From the NCBI RefSeq assembly GCF_024521635.1, contig NW_026250410.1, positions 62,001-126,000 on the forward strand: DNA of 64,000 nt, written 5' to 3'. Positions 26,782 to 39,121 of the stretch are shown piece after piece (position 1 is the first letter of the stretch; each line of letters starts with the position of its first letter). Made by a program: the position numbers and the translations under genes. Origin of the DNA: Tricharina praecox. Taxonomy: Eukaryota. The notes under the pieces are model-generated. The model ran no database searches. It was not told where the DNA came from and saw only the letters and a list, made by a program, of their open reading frames with translations.

Positions 26782-28138
26782 TTGGGGTTGTGCGGAGACG
26801 TCCCGAATTTTCCATAGGGAGACTTAATAGTAATTAAAATGTGTTATGGTGCAGTGAAACTTTTGCAACGTGACGATTTGAAGATGTGTTGATGTGGAAT
26901 TTAGAAATATACACCGCTCAAGATGCCTTCAAAAGCATCGGCGACATACTGGAAGTGCTGAGCCCAATACGACACAGTCATCACTATTAATCACCCGAGT
27001 AGTTACAAGGAGTGATCTGATATGAAGTCCACCCTTCATCGACCTCGAATGAAGCTTTTTCGCGTCACTGAATTCCATGTAACCCAATCTCTGCGGACCT
27101 ATATGATTTGCCGAGCTGCGGCGTCACTGTGCCTAAACTCAATCAAAATAGCTGGTGGGTTTCATACTTTTATGATTCCATCTTATCTGCATATGTAGAC
27201 GGCGGTACACCATGCGTGGAGACACGACGTTGAGATGAGCTAATCGGTTGCAATTATTGCATGGTTAACTACGGTACTCTAGGTACCCCACAAGGTCCCC
27301 TGGCTTCCCCACAAAATGCTAACTTTAAATGACCTTTCTTTTTGGTTCAATCATGGATTGCATGCGACCCGCCTGAATAACCATGGACCTACTCCAGGAT
27401 ATTCTGTATATTAATCGCTGGTGATGCTTAGTGTTGTAGCATGCCGTCTTCGTTCTGGAAGGTTCCTTAACGGGAACATCCCAACCATATTCTTCAAACC
27501 ATTGTTCTTTATTTGGATGCAAGGAGACGACCTTTGTCTGGAGATCGTTAGTCCTTGAAGTGGTGGCGCTATTACACTCCCGGGTCTGGAGTAGGTGGTG
27601 GTCAAACGGGTGAGGGACCACGGTGAGCCTAAGGAGGTGCGAATTGTGGTGTCGGTGGTATTCACTGGATGGCTTGCTGTCATTCTTGTAAGTTTGGAGG
27701 TGATTTGGTTTATGGCGTGGGCCAATGGCTCGTAGGCTAGAAACCCGCCATTTTCTGTGGGTACTACTACTGCTAGGTAGTTCGTGTATCTCCTCTCTCC
27801 AAAATGATTAAGTCATAAGAAAAAGTAAGCATTAACTACCTAGGCGAATCTCACTCACCTGCAACGAGCTACAGAGCACCACCGTGGGAACGGCCACGCG
27901 ACTGCACGGGTAATCTTCCGTGAAGACTTATGCTTTGCTCGATGAACCTGGGAAAGCCTAAGTGAAATCGCAAGTGAACCGCAAAAGTCAAGCGATTCAA
28001 CAGACGGCACAATCTACCCTTACGGTCAATCATCGCGTATAGCTCGGGCGTAAAACGTCCCTCGGTCGTTGCTTTTATTATGCGTGACAATTTCCTCCAC
28101 GTCATGAGGACCCCTCTGCATTCCCACAACCCATCCGA

Positions 28139-29054
28139 CTAGGTCGCCGACCTCTTCGCAAATTCGACTCTCAAGATCAGATGTCCATATCCGACACCAT
28201 CCATCTTTACGCACGCCCTCTCAGCATCGCTACGTTCCGCATAACTGACAAAGGCGAAACCCTTTGCTCTGCCAGTCTCACGATCCGTCGCCAAAAAGAC
28301 TCTGGTGACCCGTCCAAATCGCTCGAACATATCCCTGAGATCGTTCTCTTCTGCGAACTCCGATACGTTCGTAACACGGAGAGTGGCAAGGTCGTCGCGC
28401 TCGCGGTTGTTGCTGCTGCCTGCCATCGAGTCGCCCGCTCCACGTCCTTTGCCTCGGAGATGCGGCGCGATATATGCGCCTCCGACCTTCTGCTCCGTGG
28501 GCTCCGGGTCAGAAGCGCCACCGGCCGCAGCATCGTCAAGTGGTGGGAGTGTGTCCTTGAACGGACATCTGGCGGTAAAATGGTCACCTTTACAGATACG
28601 ACAAGCGACTTTCGATCCCTTGAGGGCGTTCTTCAAAGCATCCTCGGCGGGGTCTTCCTCCCTGGAGTTGGATTTCCAGGTAGCCGAAGGGCGGAAGATG
28701 ATATTTTCTCCGACGGTCGTGGTAGACATGTCAGGTCCGGGGGCGTGTCCTTTCTCTGCGCCAAACTTGGCCCACTCCTTACGCTCGGCGACCCGTGGGT
28801 TGACATGCTCCTGGACCACTGTCGTGCGGATCTTGCGCATGGTCTTGATCTTCTTTCCTGCATCGCTTAGGCGGTATGTGATGATTGTCTTGGTGCCGTC
28901 GGGGTTGGCAATGATTTGCTGCGGCGGCAAGGCCGAGGGATCATCAAATTCTTCGTCGTCGGCCCAGTTTGCGCGGCTGTAGACATAGCGGGGTCGGTTA
29001 GTGGGGAGGGGTCTTCAAGAGCCACAAGAGAGCTTACGAGGTGTCGGGGGCCAT
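28139..29054 (-). CDS. TIF35: Translation initiation factor eIF3 subunit g (2 exons)
   Basis: [15 protein letters not shown] (intron 29037-28977), Zn knuckle [14 protein letters not shown] and C-terminal RRM ([30 protein letters not shown]). Confidence 0.96.
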
Positions 29055-29357
29055 GGCTATTGAGTGATCTTTGATATTGCGATTTAGTCGTTGCTGTGGT
29101 CTCTTGCTACTCGTCGATACTCGTTCCCTTCGTTGCTGTGGTTGGTTGGATGTTGGTGGGATCGGAATGGAGAGGCGAGATTGTGTGGCCACTGAAGTTC
29201 TAGGACGGTTGAAATCCTGAGTGGGTGCCAAGATTTCGCGCCTGCGTTGAGCATGCGAGCTAACGCACGGACCAACGCGACGACCCCACCAAGTTACTAA
29301 TTCCCGCCCCGCGACCAGTTCTCCCGCCGAAGATATCACCACATACAGCTGCCCGCC

Positions 29358-30554
29358 ATGCTGCGACCACGGATCTTCCGCCCGCCTCCGTACCTTTTCA
29401 CCGGCGCAAAGGTGTCTTTCCTCCGGCCAATCCAGCTTTACCGTCCTCTCTCGCCAATGACCATTACTCGCTCCGCCGGCGTACACCATCGTCGTCCGGC
29501 CCCATCTCGACGTGGAGACCCCGTCGTAATCCAGCGCGAACCACCACCAACATCCGAACCACCACCAACATCCGAAGAACGTTATATACCAGAAGAAGAA
29601 CGCGAGCCACCAATGGCAGGCCGTGGCTTTCTAGTCCTTTTCGCCTTGATCGCCGCACCGATCACGTTTGCCTACCAATTCCCGACCCGGATTCTCCCAC
29701 CAGTGCCCGACCCACCAGAGTTCAAAAACCTCTCCAAGACACCCCTCACGCTCGGCACCTGGGTCTCCTCACCCTGGCAGAGCTGCCAACTCCTGATGTT
29801 CCGTCTCCGACGCGGCGAGTACGTGGTGCCTCTACGGAAGAACTTCTCGTTCTCACCGCTGAACTACCTTGGGATATCGTCGCAGCCTAATGATCTACTC
29901 AACCTCGCGTCGGGCAACGGAGGTGCTCCTGAGAAATGGCGCTGGTGGACCTGGGGAACTTATATGTTTGCGCACGGCGGGTTATTCCACTTCGGATTTT
30001 GCTTCATGGCCATGAGTTCATTGGTGCCGATGTTCGTGGCTCGCTATGGAGTGGGCCGGACGCTAGCGTCATTCTTTGGGGGTGGTATCGGTGCTGCGGC
30101 ACTGTGCTGCCAGATAGAGGATTATCTCCACGGACAGGATGTGAAGGATGGGAAGGGGATACACATCGTGCAGCGCAAACAGGCCACGCCGAATGGCAGT
30201 CAAGTAACAGTTAACGAGCTCGCGCCTGTGCCGGGGTACAAGGGGATGTTTATTTCAAGCATCGGCTCCAGCGCAGGGCTAATGGCGATGATCACGACTA
30301 CCGCGATCGCGATGCCGCAGTCGAAGTGGGGCCTCATGTTTTTGCCTTTTACTGTGGGCGCGAGACCAATGGTGGGAGCGTTGGTGGCTTGGGATTTGGC
30401 CGGTGCGCTAGGGTATGCCCCAGACATGGGGGTGGGACATGTGGGACATCTCTGTGGAGATGTAATAGGGCTTTTGATGTATGCGCTGTGGTTGAGGAGG
30501 TTGCCGGTTAGTAGAGTAATGGCATGGCGGAGGAAGAGAGAGGGGTATTGGTAG
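29358..30554 (+). CDS. Rhomboid-family intramembrane serine protease, probably mitochondrial (PCP1/PARL-like)
   Basis: Presequence-like N-terminus, YMFAHGGLFHFGF, catalytic GSSA, GHVGHLCG and several TM segments. Confidence 0.82.
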   Translation: MLRPRIFRPPPYLFTGAKVSFLRPIQLYRPLSPMTITRSAGVHHRRPAPSRRGDPVVIQREPPPTSEPPPTSEERYIPEEEREPPMAGRGFLVLFALIAAPITFAYQFPTRILPPVPDPPEFKNLSKTPLTLGTWVSSPWQSCQLLMFRLRRGEYVVPLRKNFSFSPLNYLGISSQPNDLLNLASGNGGAPEKWRWWTWGTYMFAHGGLFHFGFCFMAMSSLVPMFVARYGVGRTLASFFGGGIGAAALCCQIEDYLHGQDVKDGKGIHIVQRKQATPNGSQVTVNELAPVPGYKGMFISSIGSSAGLMAMITTTAIAMPQSKWGLMFLPFTVGARPMVGALVAWDLAGALGYAPDMGVGHVGHLCGDVIGLLMYALWLRRLPVSRVMAWRRKREGYW

Positions 30555-31192
30555 GAGAGCATCGGTAAGAAGGACCTGTACATACCTACATGGTATACTT
30601 ACTGGAGATTAACTCCCCTAAAGGGTCTTCAACCATCTCTCCAGCAATCTTTTTAGACATTTCCGCGACGGACTTGTTGGTTCCTCAATACCAGGAAACC
30701 AGGTTGCTCCGTACAATCAAATACGAACCTGTAATAAACAGCAGGTGTTGATGAGGCGTCAATTAACGTCATGACTAAACACAAAGAACTGACCAAAAGT
30801 TTGTAGAAGTCACTCTTCGAATTTCTACCTTTCCAGGAGACTTTGATCCGACATGTATACGCCTATTTACTTGGCTATTAAGTACTCAAGTCCATACCTA
30901 AGTAGCCATGCAGTCATGCTGATCGTCCAGTAGACGCCTGTGTGAGACTGTACGCAACGATGTCTGTCTTTCGAGTCTATCAGATATCCTACACGCTTCT
31001 GAGCCTAAGCATCCGTCAAGACGCCTCGGTCACTCGGCCCCGTGCCCAGCCTTCCACGTGGCCTCCGCTCACCGCGCCACTGTGGCCCCGCCACACCTGT
31101 GACACCACGACGTCACTACCCCGCCACCAGCGTGCTTTTGTCGCGGTTCCCAGAGCTGCTTTTGCACCGTTCGCACCGTTCTCATCCACCAG

Positions 31193-33283
31193 ATGGCGGC
31201 CCGCATTCATCACCTTGCGGCCGTTTCCCGGCGATGGACCAGCAATCCTCGACTAATGCCAAACCTTCCTCCTACTCCTTCTCGATCTACATTCCGGGGC
31301 CTTCGTACTCGTCCTCGAGCAGTACCAGCGCCTCCTCCTATTACTCCTACTGCTGGGGTGAATCTATCACCTGAGCAGCTGACCGCGCTCAAACTCGTCG
31401 GGGAGGGAAAGAACGTGTTTATCACTGGCCGCGCCGGCACGGGAAAGTCTAAACTGATCGCGGAGATTCGGATTCAAGCGTGGAACAGAGGACGGAAATG
31501 TATCGTTACTGCGCCTACTGGTGTTGCTGCACTGCTGGTGGGTGGGAAGACGCTGCATTCGTGGCTTGGCGTGGGGCACGGTGACGAGCACTTTCAGCAC
31601 TATATCGATAATTTAAATCCCCCATCGAGATTATCGTCACAGGAGAAGGAACGTGACGACTGGCAGCCTTGCTCGAAAGTCAATTTGCTGATAATTGATG
31701 AGATATCAATGGTGAGTTTTCACAGTCGGGTTCGGTAACTGTCCCTTGTGTGGGTCTATCTTGATGGATGGGTGATACTAGGTACATCCGCACCTTTTCA
31801 ATTTGACCAACTATTTGGGAAAGATGATGAGGGGGAACAAAAAGCCCTTCGGTATGTACAGCATGCATGGGCCACACGGATTGTTAAGTCTGAATACTGA
31901 CTGTTCCCTAGGTGGGATCCAAGTTGTGGTATGCGGTGACTTTTTCCAGCTCCCGCCGGTGAGTAAAACGATCGGGGGTATCTACGAACGGTGTCCCAAC
32001 TGTGGTATGTCGAACGAATTCATGGCTGCGGGGAGACGGGGCTGAAGACTGACAGACGGCTTAAACCATTCCAGGCCTCGACCTTCCTCCCGACTGCCTA
32101 TTACCTAATGATTCACTACTCTCCGGATTACCAGACGGAGTGCACTCTCAGGGTATCGACCAGTACCGGTGGCGATGTTGCACCGATCCCACGTGCGGGC
32201 ACCTTCACAATGAAACGATCAAATACGCGTTCCAGACTGAATCGTGGCGCGAGGCCGGGTTCGAACCAGTTGTTTTGGAGACAGTTTTCAGACAGAAGGA
32301 TATTAAGTGGATCGATTATCTTGCACGCATTGCGAAGGGGAAGGCGGATGAGAAAGTACTCGATTTCCTGGACGGCCTGAGACGGAAGTTGCCATCAGTC
32401 AAGGGCATCAAGCCGACGAAGCTATACTCGCACCGGGAGAAAGTGGATGAGGAGAATGCAGCGGAGTTGGCAAAACTTCCAGGGCCAGAATATTCATTCC
32501 GTTCTACCGACTCGAAGACAGTCTATCAGAAAAAAACTTACTATCCAATCCCTAAACGGGGAGTGAAGTGGAAATGGGATTTGGTCGAGAAATCCACTCC
32601 GATTGACCCCGATGATCCCAACAATGCAGGTATGCAGACCGAACTCCCACAGATGACGAGAGGTCCTGATTACTCGCGTAGATTTCCTGAGAGCCCTTAA
32701 ATCGCTCCAATGCCCTATGGAACTCAAACTCAAGGTTGGAGCGCAGGTGATGCTGCTGGTTAACATGCTCGAAAAAGGGCTCGCAAACGGGTCACGGGGA
32801 GTCGTCACCAAATTTGAACTACACACGTTACCACAACCTACCGAACCCAGCGGATCTGCCAATGATATCAATGAACCGACATATCACGAAGTCTTACCCC
32901 CGGGCGGGACACATTTTATTCCGGTGGTACAATTTGTGAACTCTGATTATGAAATCCCGATCTTCCCCGAAACCTGGAAAATCTCACACTACCGCAAAGC
33001 CAGCCACGAACATCTCAAGACTGTACTATACCGATCCCAGATCCCACTAGCACTTTGCTGGGCTACTACAATCCACAAGACCCAGGGCCAGACTCTCGAC
33101 TATGCCATCGCCGATATCTCGCAGTGTTTTTCCCCGGGACAGGCGTATGTGGCACTCAGCAGGTGCAAATCTCCACAGGGGCTGCAGATTGTGGCGGGCA
33201 AGGGGAGGGAGGCACTGAAAAAATCGTTGTGGGCTGCGTGGCAGGTCGTCAAGTTTTACAACATGTTCGACAAGCAGAGATAG
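31193..33283 (+). CDS. PIF1/RRM3-family SF1B DNA helicase with a Cys-rich insert (5 exons; start could be 31256)
   Basis: Motifs FITGRAGTGKS, APTGVAA, GKTLHSW, IIDEISM, GDFFQLPPV, VFRQKD, LKVGAQVML, LANGSRG, WATTIHKTQGQTL and GQAYVALSR. Introns 31712-31781, 31852-31911, 32005-32074 and 32630-32681. Confidence 0.92.
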
Positions 33284-33698
33284 GCGAGGAGTGGTACTCG
33301 GAATGATAGAGTAGAATAGGGGCGCTTTTGAGGACGGAAACATAGTCTACCTATTCTCCGGGAATTTTTGGAATCTATTACATACTTAGTTGCTCAAAGC
33401 ATGTATCCAATCGCTGACAGGGTCGGCGAAAGAATCGGACCGGGCGTGAGCCCGGTCAGGGCGGGGTGATCCCACCTTGGTACTCTATGTCAGAGTTTGG
33501 ACGTCCGGAATGGGTCGATGACGACCGCAGCAATTCTGGCAGTCCACAGCAATGCTGACAGACAATGTATCAGTGCGCACCGTCATCTGTATGCTATACC
33601 ACGACCTAGGTATGGGAGAGATTCGAGATTCTGTATATATTGAGGACCTCCGGTCCGGAGAGATTGCGCAGTAATTAGAACACTATGAGCATTTGAGA

Positions 33699-33908
33699 TT
33701 GTCAAAGATACTGAATTCTATATATACAGAATATATCTGTCATTGAGAGATAGACCGGCCGGCGAGACTAGACAACAGAAAAATCTCCGGATACAGTTCG
33801 CATGATCGACTCCTCGACTCCTTCAGAACAGTACTCGTTGAAACTTCAGCACCTTACAGCGGACACGAGGAGAGATCCTTCATGTGCTCCGGACGCGGTA
33901 ATCTGACG
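33699..33908. repeat. Copy of repeat family BD with an internal deletion
   Basis: TTGTCAAAGATACTGA (matches 25384ff) is fused to TTCTATATATACAG... The rest is reverse-complement homologous to 4743-4935. Confidence 0.8.
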
Positions 33909-33977
33909 GAGATCCTCTTTTTATTACACTCTACTCTACTCCAGCAACACGCTGCCTACTTATTCAATCATGATCAT

Positions 33978-34265
33978 TCTTCAGCCCCACGTTTACAACC
34001 TGGAAGCCAACTAAAAACATCGTACACCTCAAAGAAGCCAAAAATTCCCTGGCGCCGCCGAAGCAGGCCAGGAGCGGTCAAAGGTTTAGTTTTCAACCAG
34101 CGAAAACAAGCTCTCGGATTACATCCTCACTGAGACTTGTACTGCCCTTGAACTAAGATGGAGAAGAAAGAGAGGGGTGCGGGGAGGAGAGGGGGGTTTT
34201 ATAGGTATTGTGAGACGCTAGCGCGGGTTGGGAGTTGGCCAACGGTGACATCGTTCGAGTGATAC
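33978..34265 (-). repeat. U4 snRNA cassette, copy 3 (~288 bp)
   Basis: Same boundaries as copies 1 and 2. TATA at 34203-34197. Confidence 0.9.
34032..34159 (-). ncRNA. U4 snRNA, copy 3 (possibly a pseudogene; 3' end approximate)
   Basis: All U4 modules present, Sm site at 34046-34038. Both U6-pairing arms carry substitutions (GUGCA>GUUCA; UUGCUGG>UCGCUGG). Confidence 0.85.
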
Positions 34266-34917
34266 TGTGGGATCCGGGGGGCCAGACCCTATCCGGTCGC
34301 ATCAACGTTGAGATGTTCTCTGCTGCTGCAGCGCTGCTTTTATGTTCGTCTAGTCTTTCGGTCTGTCGACAAGACACGAGGCATAAGAGACTATCACCAC
34401 CGAGACATTATAAGCACTTCAACATCGCGGAGATCCTTAGAGGTTGTTCAGCCTGACGAACATCAGGCTGCTTTCTTTTCTTGCTGCTCTCTGGTTAAGT
34501 CAATCAGTCTCATCAGTTGCCTGCACTCTTCGGAGGTCTCTCGCTGCCCAGTTGTGAGCCACGGAGCTGATAGCTAACCCAGGGCCGCCGCGGGCCCAAT
34601 CGAGCACGGCTGGAGCCTAGGTGTGGAGGATCAGTGGTGTTCGCTACGCTATCGAGGGAGATGGATGATCGAGTGCGAGGGTTGAAGTTGGGAAAGGCGA
34701 TATCTAGAAGGTTGTGGTTCCGCGCAGCACTGAGCCAAATGCCTACTCGTGCACAAGGTAGAGTAAGATGGGGATCATCATTTCGTCCTGTGTCCATGAG
34801 ACTTTTCCGCGCCATCTCTTAAGGGGATGAACACAGTGATACACACGCCATGCCAACAGCCAACAGCGAGAAGATGTAGATATGTGAAGAAAAGTTATCC
34901 AACCTGGTTATACGGTA

Positions 34918-36779
34918 CTACCTAAAGCTAACCCTCATTTTCCCGGCCCTTCTATCCTCCAACCTCTCCATCAACACGCTCTCATAAACCTCCGTAACCC
35001 ACTCGGCCAGATACCCCCTCGTATCCTGCGGGACACACATCTCCTCGACATTAAACGTATTCGCACTCCTGACCGGATTCCCGAGGGCATCATAAACCTT
35101 CCTCAGCCTCCTCAGGGCCTCGTCGCGATCCCCCGCTGCGTCCAGCTCCTTCTTGTGCGCCACCTCAATCCCGCCATCAAGCGGCAGACTCCCCCACTCG
35201 GCGCTCGGCCAGGCGAGGCGTCTGCGCACCGGGCGGGAATCACACATGACGCCTCCCGCGACGCCGTAGCATCTCCTTACAATGACGGAGAATACCGGAA
35301 CTGACGTGGAGTAGTAAGTCTTTGCCATCTCGACGCCCCACCTCATGGTGCCGGCCTTTTCAGCGGCCGTGCCGACCGCGAAGCCGGGACAGTCGATCAG
35401 CTGGATGATTGGCAGGTTGAACACGTCGCACAGACGCAGGTGCTTCGAGATCTTTTGGCAGCCCGCGGCGTCGAGCGCCCCGGCGTTTACTTGCCCGTTC
35501 GAGGTGATGAGCCCGATGGGACACCCCGAGATACGCGCGAGCCCGACGATTGCTGTCGTGCCCCAGAGCGCGCCGATCTCGAAGAAGCTGCTGCTGTCGA
35601 CGAGATTGCTGATCGCTGTGTGCATCGAGAATGTGCGTGCGGAGCGCCGCGGGACGAGGGTGTTCAGCGAGGGGGATTTGCGTGTGGGCTCGTCGGTGCA
35701 CGGGTGGGTGGGTGGCAGTTGGCGCGTGCCATTGGATGGCACGTAGGAGAGGAAACGCCGGATTTGTTGGAAGCACTCGGTTTCAGATGCGGCTAGGTTA
35801 TCGATCGTCCCGTTTGAGCAGTGTAAGTGGGCGCCGCCCAGATCCGCGAAGGAAAGGTCCTGCTCGAAGGTGGCACCTTCGACCACTTTGGGACCGGCAG
35901 CGAAAAGGACTGAAGGAAACAGTTAATGGGGATCGCTGCTTTGAGGGAGAGGAGGCCTACAGCCTACGTCTGCAGCGCAAACGGAGAAATGGCATATACT
36001 GGCTCTTCCGGCACCGAGGCCTACCGAGGGCCCCAAGAGTGCTGCAATGTTCGGAATTCCGGCGTCGAGTTGCTTGACCTGTTTACTGGTGAGAACATTG
36101 TACGCTGCCTCCCAAGAATGCACGAGACTCACCACCGGGCTGAAGAAGGGAAATAGTGCGGGAAGGTGAGTGTATCCAGTCGTTTTGGTAGTGGTGACCG
36201 ACCCTCCACCTGGAAAGCTACTGCATCAGTTCGCGTGGCGGCCACAGCATGCAGTGCAACACCCACCACTGGATCCATCCACCAATTTGATAATCGGCAA
36301 TCCCATCTCCAGCGCCATCTTCTCGACATATATCTGCGCCGATCATCAGCTTCTCAGCCACTTCACCGATCACAACCCAGACGCACCGTCTTCTCCATGA
36401 GAGCCCCGTCCGCATGTCCCGCTCTAACGCTATAATCGTCTGCAGTAACGAGCACCTTCCTGCCCTCCACCTTTCCCGCGCCCTGAACATTATTGCTTGG
36501 AGTGAATCCCTTCACCTCGCCATTGTCCCCCCACTTCACAGATCCCGCGAGCGCGCCAATCTCGCGGAAGCTATCTTTGTCGAGCAGCTGTTCGATGCGC
36601 TCGCGTACCCACAGCTTTCCACGCGTCTTCTGCCGGACGTAGCCGGGATTTTTCGTCGGCGCGGTTTGCGCGATCGTGTGCAGCGCACTCATGTGCCCGC
36701 TGATGTCGGACCAGTCCTTGGGCGGAGCGAGGTGCGCGGATACTTGCGAGAGACGCCGCTTGGGCGTTGATGGTGCCAT
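34918..36779 (-). CDS. Acyl-CoA carboxylase carboxyltransferase (beta) subunit with PTS2 (5 exons)
   Basis: Motifs RGKLWVRERIEQLLD, DDYSVRAG, LVDGSSGGGS, AGPKVVEGAT, DLGGAHLH, DCPGFAVG and RRCYGVAG. Introns 36386-36334, 36266-36210, 36132-36079 and 35960-35910. N-terminal RLSQVSAHL. Confidence 0.92.
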
Positions 36780-37124
36780 TTTGATGCGTGGAGGCGTGTG
36801 TAGGGAGTGTCAGGGAGGAAGATTGGACGGCCGCATGTTGTACTCATTGGATATCCCCCGGTTGTGGAAGGCGGTCCGCTTGTCAGATGCGCCGAGGTGG
36901 GCTTGTGCTAACTAGTCGTCGGTAACTACCGTCCAGCCGGATGATCCGCAGGGTGCATGCATAGGGCCGAGGTCTAATGTTCCCCACAGTCTTCCTAGCC
37001 GTAAATAGAGTAGACGGCAACAGATGTTCATGGGAGAGTGACGATGGTGATATCTGTTTAGATACCTCACACGTCTACAAACTACATCTCCAGAAGTCGG
37101 CGATTGGAAGTCATACGCATTGCA
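36780..37124. promoter_or_regulatory. 345-bp bidirectional promoter with two CCGAGG (FarA/FarB-type) sites
   Basis: CCGAGG at 36892-36897 and 36967-36972, between the divergent start codons. Confidence 0.6.
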
Positions 37125-39121
37125 ATGTCACCGCTCTGGAGCGTCCCACCATCGCGACCCACAGGCCGCATCCGCAAGCTTCTCGTAGCCAACCGGTCCG
37201 CCCTCTTTCCACATATCTCGCTTCAACCGCTAACACCAACTCCTCCCGCAGCGGCGAAATTGCCATCCGCATCCTGCAAGCCGCCCGCGAACTCAACCTC
37301 GAAACCGTAACGTTGCACACCTCCAGCGACACGACACACACCTTCCACGCGCACTTCTCTCACCTGCTGTCCAGCGTCAGCGGCTACCTCGACAGCGCCC
37401 TGATCCTTTCCCTCGCCTTGCAGTCCGGCTGCGACACGATCCACCCCGGTTATGGCTTCCTCTCGGAGTCCTCATCGTTCGCGCAAGCGTGCGCAGACGC
37501 AGGAATCCGCTTCGTCGGCCCCGACCCGCGGGTGCTGGAAGTCACTGGGAGCAAAACGCTTGCGCGGGGGCTGGCGGTAGAGTGTGGTGTGCCCGTGCTG
37601 CAGGGGCTGCACGAGGCGACGGATGATCTCGAGGTTGCGCGGAGGTTTGCGGAGCGCCTGGGGTGGCCGGTGGTGGTCAAGGCGGTTGATGGCGGGGGCG
37701 GCCGCGGGATCAGGTTCGTAAACGCGGCTGGGGAGTTCGTGGATGCGTTCCGTCGCGCTTGTGGCGAGTCGCCGGCTGGAAAGGTTTTTGTGGAAAGGGC
37801 GGCGGCAGCGGGGGCTAGGCATGTGGAGGTCCAGGTGGTGGGTGATCTCCATGGGAATGTACAACCCGTGGGCACGAGGGAGTGCTCGGTCCAGCGGCGG
37901 TTCCAGAAGGTGGTCGAGTTCGCGCCGTCGCTGGTGCACGCGGAGGTGCTGCGGGATCTAGCGAATGACTCTGTGCGTATGGCGCAGACGATGAACTACT
38001 CATCGCTGGCGACATTTGAGTGGCTCGTTGATCCCACGACTACTCCGCCGGCAGCGTACTTTCTCGAGATCAACCCACGCTTGCAGGTCGAGCATACGGT
38101 TACGGAAGCGGTGCATGGCGTGGATCTGGTCAAGCTACAGCTGCAGATAGCGCAGGGCCACCCACTCACTAGCACCCTACTCCCTCCACCCCGCGGCCAT
38201 GCCATCCAGCTCCGGATCACAGCCGAAGACCCGTCCAAAAACTTCTCCCTCTCACTCGGCCGGATCAGCCGGTTCGTGCTGCCGACCGGCAACGGCGTAC
38301 GAGTAGACACGCACTTGCGCTCAGGGACACCAGTGATCATCGGCCCCGACTTCGACTCGCTGCTTTGCAAGATCATCGTTCACGGCGAGACCTGGGAGTC
38401 AACCGTGAGCAAGGCGCGTCGCGCCCTCGAAGACAGCGTCATCGACGGCGTCGCAACAAACATCCCGCTCCTCCGGGGGATCCTGGCGAGCGACGACTTC
38501 CGCGCCGCGGACGTGGGTATCCGCTGGCTGGAGACGAACATCCACAACCTACTACTACCTCCCCGCCAATCATCCTCACTCTTCGCCCCGCCGTCGACAT
38601 CCCCACACTTCCCCACCACCAGCGCGGCTGTCGGCGCCCCCATGCTCCGCAAAGACGACGCCTGGGCCGTCCACCTCTCACCCAACACGGCACCGGAGCA
38701 CATTCAAAAACACCACGTGACGATCTCGCGGCTGCTGCAGAACGACTTCCCGAACTCGCTCGCCGCCGAGGTGACATACACCACGGCCGCATCCGTCAGC
38801 ACGTACAAGCTGCTGCTCAACAAGACCGTGCTCGGCGCGGCTGTGGGTAGCCACCGCAAGGGCGAAGCTGCGCGACAGGACCACGTCACTGTACCGTTTG
38901 GTGGTGAGGTGGTAGAGGTCAATGTACAGCACGGCGATGATGTGCACACGGGGGAGGTGCTCTGCGTCGTCAGGCAGATGAAGACGGAGTTGGAGGTTAG
39001 GGCTGGTGTTGCTGGTAGGGTCATCTGGGTCTGGGAGGTAAAGGTGGGAGCGATCGTCGAGGGCGGGGAGTTGGTCTGTGAACTGGATATCGGTATTGGA
39101 CAGGCGGAGGCGAAGTTGTAG
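37125..39121 (+). CDS. Acyl-CoA carboxylase alpha subunit (biotin carboxylase plus biotinyl domain) with PTS1 (2 exons)
   Basis: KLLVANR|GEIA (intron 37196-37251), IHPGYGFLSE, GGGGRGIR, ECSVQRRFQK, FLEINPRLQVEHTVTE and biotin-attachment variant RQMKTE. Ends AKL*. Confidence 0.94.

Noticed and set aside
27325..27725. Possible small spliced gene on the minus strand
   Set aside because: No convincing intron or frame solution and no homology cue.
31193..33480. Autonomous Helitron
   Set aside because: No Rep/HUH motifs and no canonical 3' CTRR end.
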